A DNA stretch of 64,000 nt from an uncultured Candidatus Rokubacteria bacterium (GTDB taxonomy: Bacteria; Methylomirabilota; Methylomirabilia; Rokubacteriales; DASRDR01): NCBI GenBank assembly GCA_963805625.1, contig CAWDVE010000013.1, positions 256,001-320,000 on the forward strand, given 5' to 3'. Both the position numbers and the translations under genes were made by a program. Below the pieces are notes generated by a model. That model was not told where the DNA came from and made no database searches. It saw only the letters and a list, made by a program, of their open reading frames with translations. Shown here one piece after another: positions 61,630 to 64,000 of this stretch. Positions within the stretch are counted from its first letter, which is position 1, and each line of letters begins with the position of its first letter.

Positions 61630-62838
61630 ATGCGCCGACCGAACCGGAGCGCCGCCGCGGCGGCCGTCGGGCTGGTCTCGCTCCTCGTGCTGGCCGCCAC
61701 ACCGCTCGGAGCCCAGGAGCGCCCGGAGCATCCCTTCGCGCTGACGTTCGCAAACCTGCGAGGCGGGCGCGTGTTCACCGACAAGGGGTGCGGTCTCTGT
61801 CACGCGATCCGTGGCCTCGGCGGGATGGCGGGTCCGGACTTGAGCCGCATCGAGCGCAAGGGCTTCTTCGATCTCGGCGCCGCCATGTCCAACCATCTGC
61901 GCGGGATCAACATCAGGAAGCCCCCTCTCAGCGCAGAGGACGTCACGGGTCTCATCTCGTTCCTCTTCACGCTCCAGTACCAGGACGTGCCCGGCGACCC
62001 CAAGGCCGGCGAGGCGCTCTTCGGTACCAAGGGCTGCGTCCAGTGCCACGAGGTGGGCGGCAAGGGAGGGCGACGCGGGCCCAGCCTGGACTTCCTGAAG
62101 AGCGCCAACTCGCCCGTGCTGGTGGCCGCCGCCCTCTGGAACCACGGTCCCGATATGGGCGCGAAGCTCGAGTCGAGCGGCATCCAGCGCCCGACGTTCG
62201 AAGGACAGGAGCTGGCTGACATCATCTCGTACATCACCGCCGCCGCCCGGGACGGTGGAGGCGGAGCCGAGCGCGTGGTTCCGGGAGTGCCGGAGCAAGG
62301 CCAGAAGGTCTTCGCGGCGAAGCGGTGCGTGGCCTGCCACTCGGCCGCTGGGAAGGGCGGGAAGGTCGGACCGGAGCTGGCCCGTGGCCATCACGTCAGC
62401 CTCACCCAGTTCGCAGGGCTCATGTGGAACCACGCGCCCGGGATGTGGGCCCAGATGGAGGCGCGTGGGATCCAGGTACCACGCCTCAAGGGCCAGGAGA
62501 TGGCGGACATCGTCGCCTTCCTCTACGTCTCCCAGTACTTCGACGAGGCCGGGAATCGCGACCGGGGCCGCGCGGTCGCTGAGACGAAGGGTTGTCTCGC
62601 CTGTCACGCCGCCGGCGGCCGGGGCGGCAAGATCGGGGCGGATCTGGGGACGTACCGGGCCGCTCGCTCGTCGTCCGCCCTCGTGGCCGCGCTGTGGAAT
62701 CACCCTCGGTATCTCGAAGCCCGCCGCCAGGAAGTGCCCTGGCCGTCGCTGACAGGGACGGAGCTGGCGGACTTGAGCACCTACCTCGGCAGCCTGCCGC
62801 GGCCGGCGGTTTCCAAGACAGGCCCACCCAGCAACTGA
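61630..62838 (+). CDS. Periplasmic tetraheme cytochrome c (four tandem class I-like domains)
   Basis: Signal peptide; CGLCH, CVQCH, CVACH and CLACH, each within a repeat G..(L/V)F..KGCxxCH..G.GG..G(P/A).L...(W/S)NH. Confidence 0.88.
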   Translation: MRRPNRSAAAAAVGLVSLLVLAATPLGAQERPEHPFALTFANLRGGRVFTDKGCGLCHAIRGLGGMAGPDLSRIERKGFFDLGAAMSNHLRGINIRKPPLSAEDVTGLISFLFTLQYQDVPGDPKAGEALFGTKGCVQCHEVGGKGGRRGPSLDFLKSANSPVLVAAALWNHGPDMGAKLESSGIQRPTFEGQELADIISYITAAARDGGGGAERVVPGVPEQGQKVFAAKRCVACHSAAGKGGKVGPELARGHHVSLTQFAGLMWNHAPGMWAQMEARGIQVPRLKGQEMADIVAFLYVSQYFDEAGNRDRGRAVAETKGCLACHAAGGRGGKIGADLGTYRAARSSSALVAALWNHPRYLEARRQEVPWPSLTGTELADLSTYLGSLPRPAVSKTGPPSN

Positions 62839-62840
62839 GC

Positions 62841-62874
62841 AGTCCCGCTGGGGCGGCATCGCCCCAGCGGGACT
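62841..62874 (+). terminator. Intrinsic terminator-like hairpin after the cytochrome gene
   Basis: AGTCCCGCTGGGGCG-GCAT-CGCCCCAGCGGGACT, a perfect 15-bp stem followed by TGTTCT. Confidence 0.75.
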
Positions 62875-62962
62875 TGTTCTCCATTGCCGTCCCGCGACGC
62901 TCCCGAGCTCTGCCCGATACGGTCCCCTGATTTTTCCGACACTTACCCCCGAACGAATCTAC

Positions 62963-62978
62963 TGGCACGTCCGTTGCT
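62963..62978 (+). promoter_or_regulatory. Sigma54 (-24/-12) promoter
   Basis: TGGCAC-GTCCG-TTGCT consensus, about 50 nt upstream of the next ATG. Confidence 0.75.
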
Positions 62979-63027
62979 CACCTGGCAGGGACGCGCTGTC
63001 ACAGTCCACTCGAGCGGGGAGGAAGCC

Positions 63028-63168
63028 ATGGTCCGTCATTGCCCCGAACCGAAGCGGCGTCCACTGGTAGCTCACGCGCTCATCCCCATGGTAGCGCTGT
63101 CCTTGCTATTCACCGTCGCGACCTTCGTCCTGTTGAGCCTGCCAATGGGAATGCGTCACGGCATGTAA
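63028..63168 (+). CDS. Small single-TM protein (46 aa)
   Basis: GGAGGA RBS then ATG; MVRHCPEPKRRPLVAHALIPMVALSLLFTVATFVLLSLPMGMRHGM*. Confidence 0.5.
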   Translation: MVRHCPEPKRRPLVAHALIPMVALSLLFTVATFVLLSLPMGMRHGM

Positions 63169-63191
63169 CGACCCGTAAGGAGAACACTCCC

Positions 63192-64000
63192 ATGAGACGA
63201 ACCTGGATCTGGACACTGGCCGCGCTCGTGCTGACGACAGGGGTCGCCCTCGGACTCCTCGTCGGGCAGCCCGAGGCCCAGCAGAAGAACGTGCTGGTCG
63301 GCAAGAAGGTCGCCGCCGGGCCGACACTAGACGGTGTCATGGACGACGTCTGGAAGACCGCCCAGCCCCTCACGGTAAAGGCCCTCGGGGGAAAGAACCT
63401 GCCGGGGGGATCGACCGAGGTGACCATGCGCTCCCTGTACACCGACGACATGGTGTACCTCTTCGTCGAGTACAAGGACGCGACCGAGAGCGTCCGCCGC
63501 GAGCCGTGGCAGAAGCAGGCCGACGGGTCGTGGCAGCAGCTGAAGGATCCGAACGACAAGGGCGGCGACAACAACCTCTACTACGAGGACAAGGTCTCGA
63601 TCTTCTGGAACATCAACTCGCCGGCCTTCGAGCAGAAGGGTTGTCTCTCGGCCTGCCACACCGGTGAAGGCAAGCCGTACGGCAACATGTACACCCCGAG
63701 CGCGGCGGAGCGCCTCGACAACTGGCACTGGAAGAGCGTGCGGACCGGGACCCTGGGCCAGGTGGACGACCAGTACGTGGACGGCACCCGGTACGACAAG
63801 GAGAAGGCCCCCGAGGCGGGTCGCAAGAGCGATCCGAAAACCGCCGGCGGCTACAACAACAACGTGAGCGACGACAAGAAGGGCCCCAAGTTCGCGCTGC
63901 CGGGGAACAAGCCGGCGCCGCCCTATTGGATCGTCGACGCCGAGAAGGAGCCCTTCGACGATTCGAAGTACAAGGCCGGGGACGAGGTGCCAGGGATCGT
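63192..64000 (+). CDS. Ethylbenzene-dehydrogenase-gamma-like (EB_dh/DOMON) heme-binding periplasmic protein (3' partial)
   Basis: MRRTWIW signal; 'PTLDG..DDVW..A', 'SLYT.D.VY....YKD', 'YYEDK....W', 'GCLSACH', 'D.WHWK..R'; AAGGAG RBS; runs off the window. Confidence 0.8.
   Translation, partial: MRRTWIWTLAALVLTTGVALGLLVGQPEAQQKNVLVGKKVAAGPTLDGVMDDVWKTAQPLTVKALGGKNLPGGSTEVTMRSLYTDDMVYLFVEYKDATESVRREPWQKQADGSWQQLKDPNDKGGDNNLYYEDKVSIFWNINSPAFEQKGCLSACHTGEGKPYGNMYTPSAAERLDNWHWKSVRTGTLGQVDDQYVDGTRYDKEKAPEAGRKSDPKTAGGYNNNVSDDKKGPKFALPGNKPAPPYWIVDAEKEPFDDSKYKAGDEVPGI

Overview
High-GC bacterial chromosomal window. The gene content (many LLM monooxygenases, Bug/TctC transporters, multi-GAF kinases) is reminiscent of Rokubacteria/Methylomirabilota-type genomes, which is an inference only. 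From left to right it holds: the 3' end of a type II secretion operon (GspL/M/C/D plus a lipoprotein); a FabH/enoyl-CoA hydratase/ribokinase block; a small SelW/Rdx-type selenoprotein (CxxU, in-frame TGA with a SECIS-like hairpin) that the ORF track misses; a CoA-transferase, CinA and an RpoD-like sigma factor; a tightly coupled operon of two ferritin-like proteins, a small protein, biotin carboxylase and BCCP with no carboxyltransferase; dinB; a sulfur/Fe-S hub (cysE, a second NifS/NifU pair, a DsrEFH-like trio and a full iscRSUA-hscBA-fdx-iscX operon); a GalT-like protein with its catalytic His replaced by Tyr; a partly decayed organic/aromatic-acid catabolism region; and a signalling/redox region with three sigma54 promoters, two dCache-GAF hybrid kinases (one frameshifted in a G6 run), a TPP enzyme, a tetraheme cytochrome c and an EB_dh-type heme protein. 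At least eight gene remnants or deletion scars are visible. No rRNA, tRNA, CRISPR array or transposase was recognised. All calls come from reading the sequence and motifs; no database searches were run.
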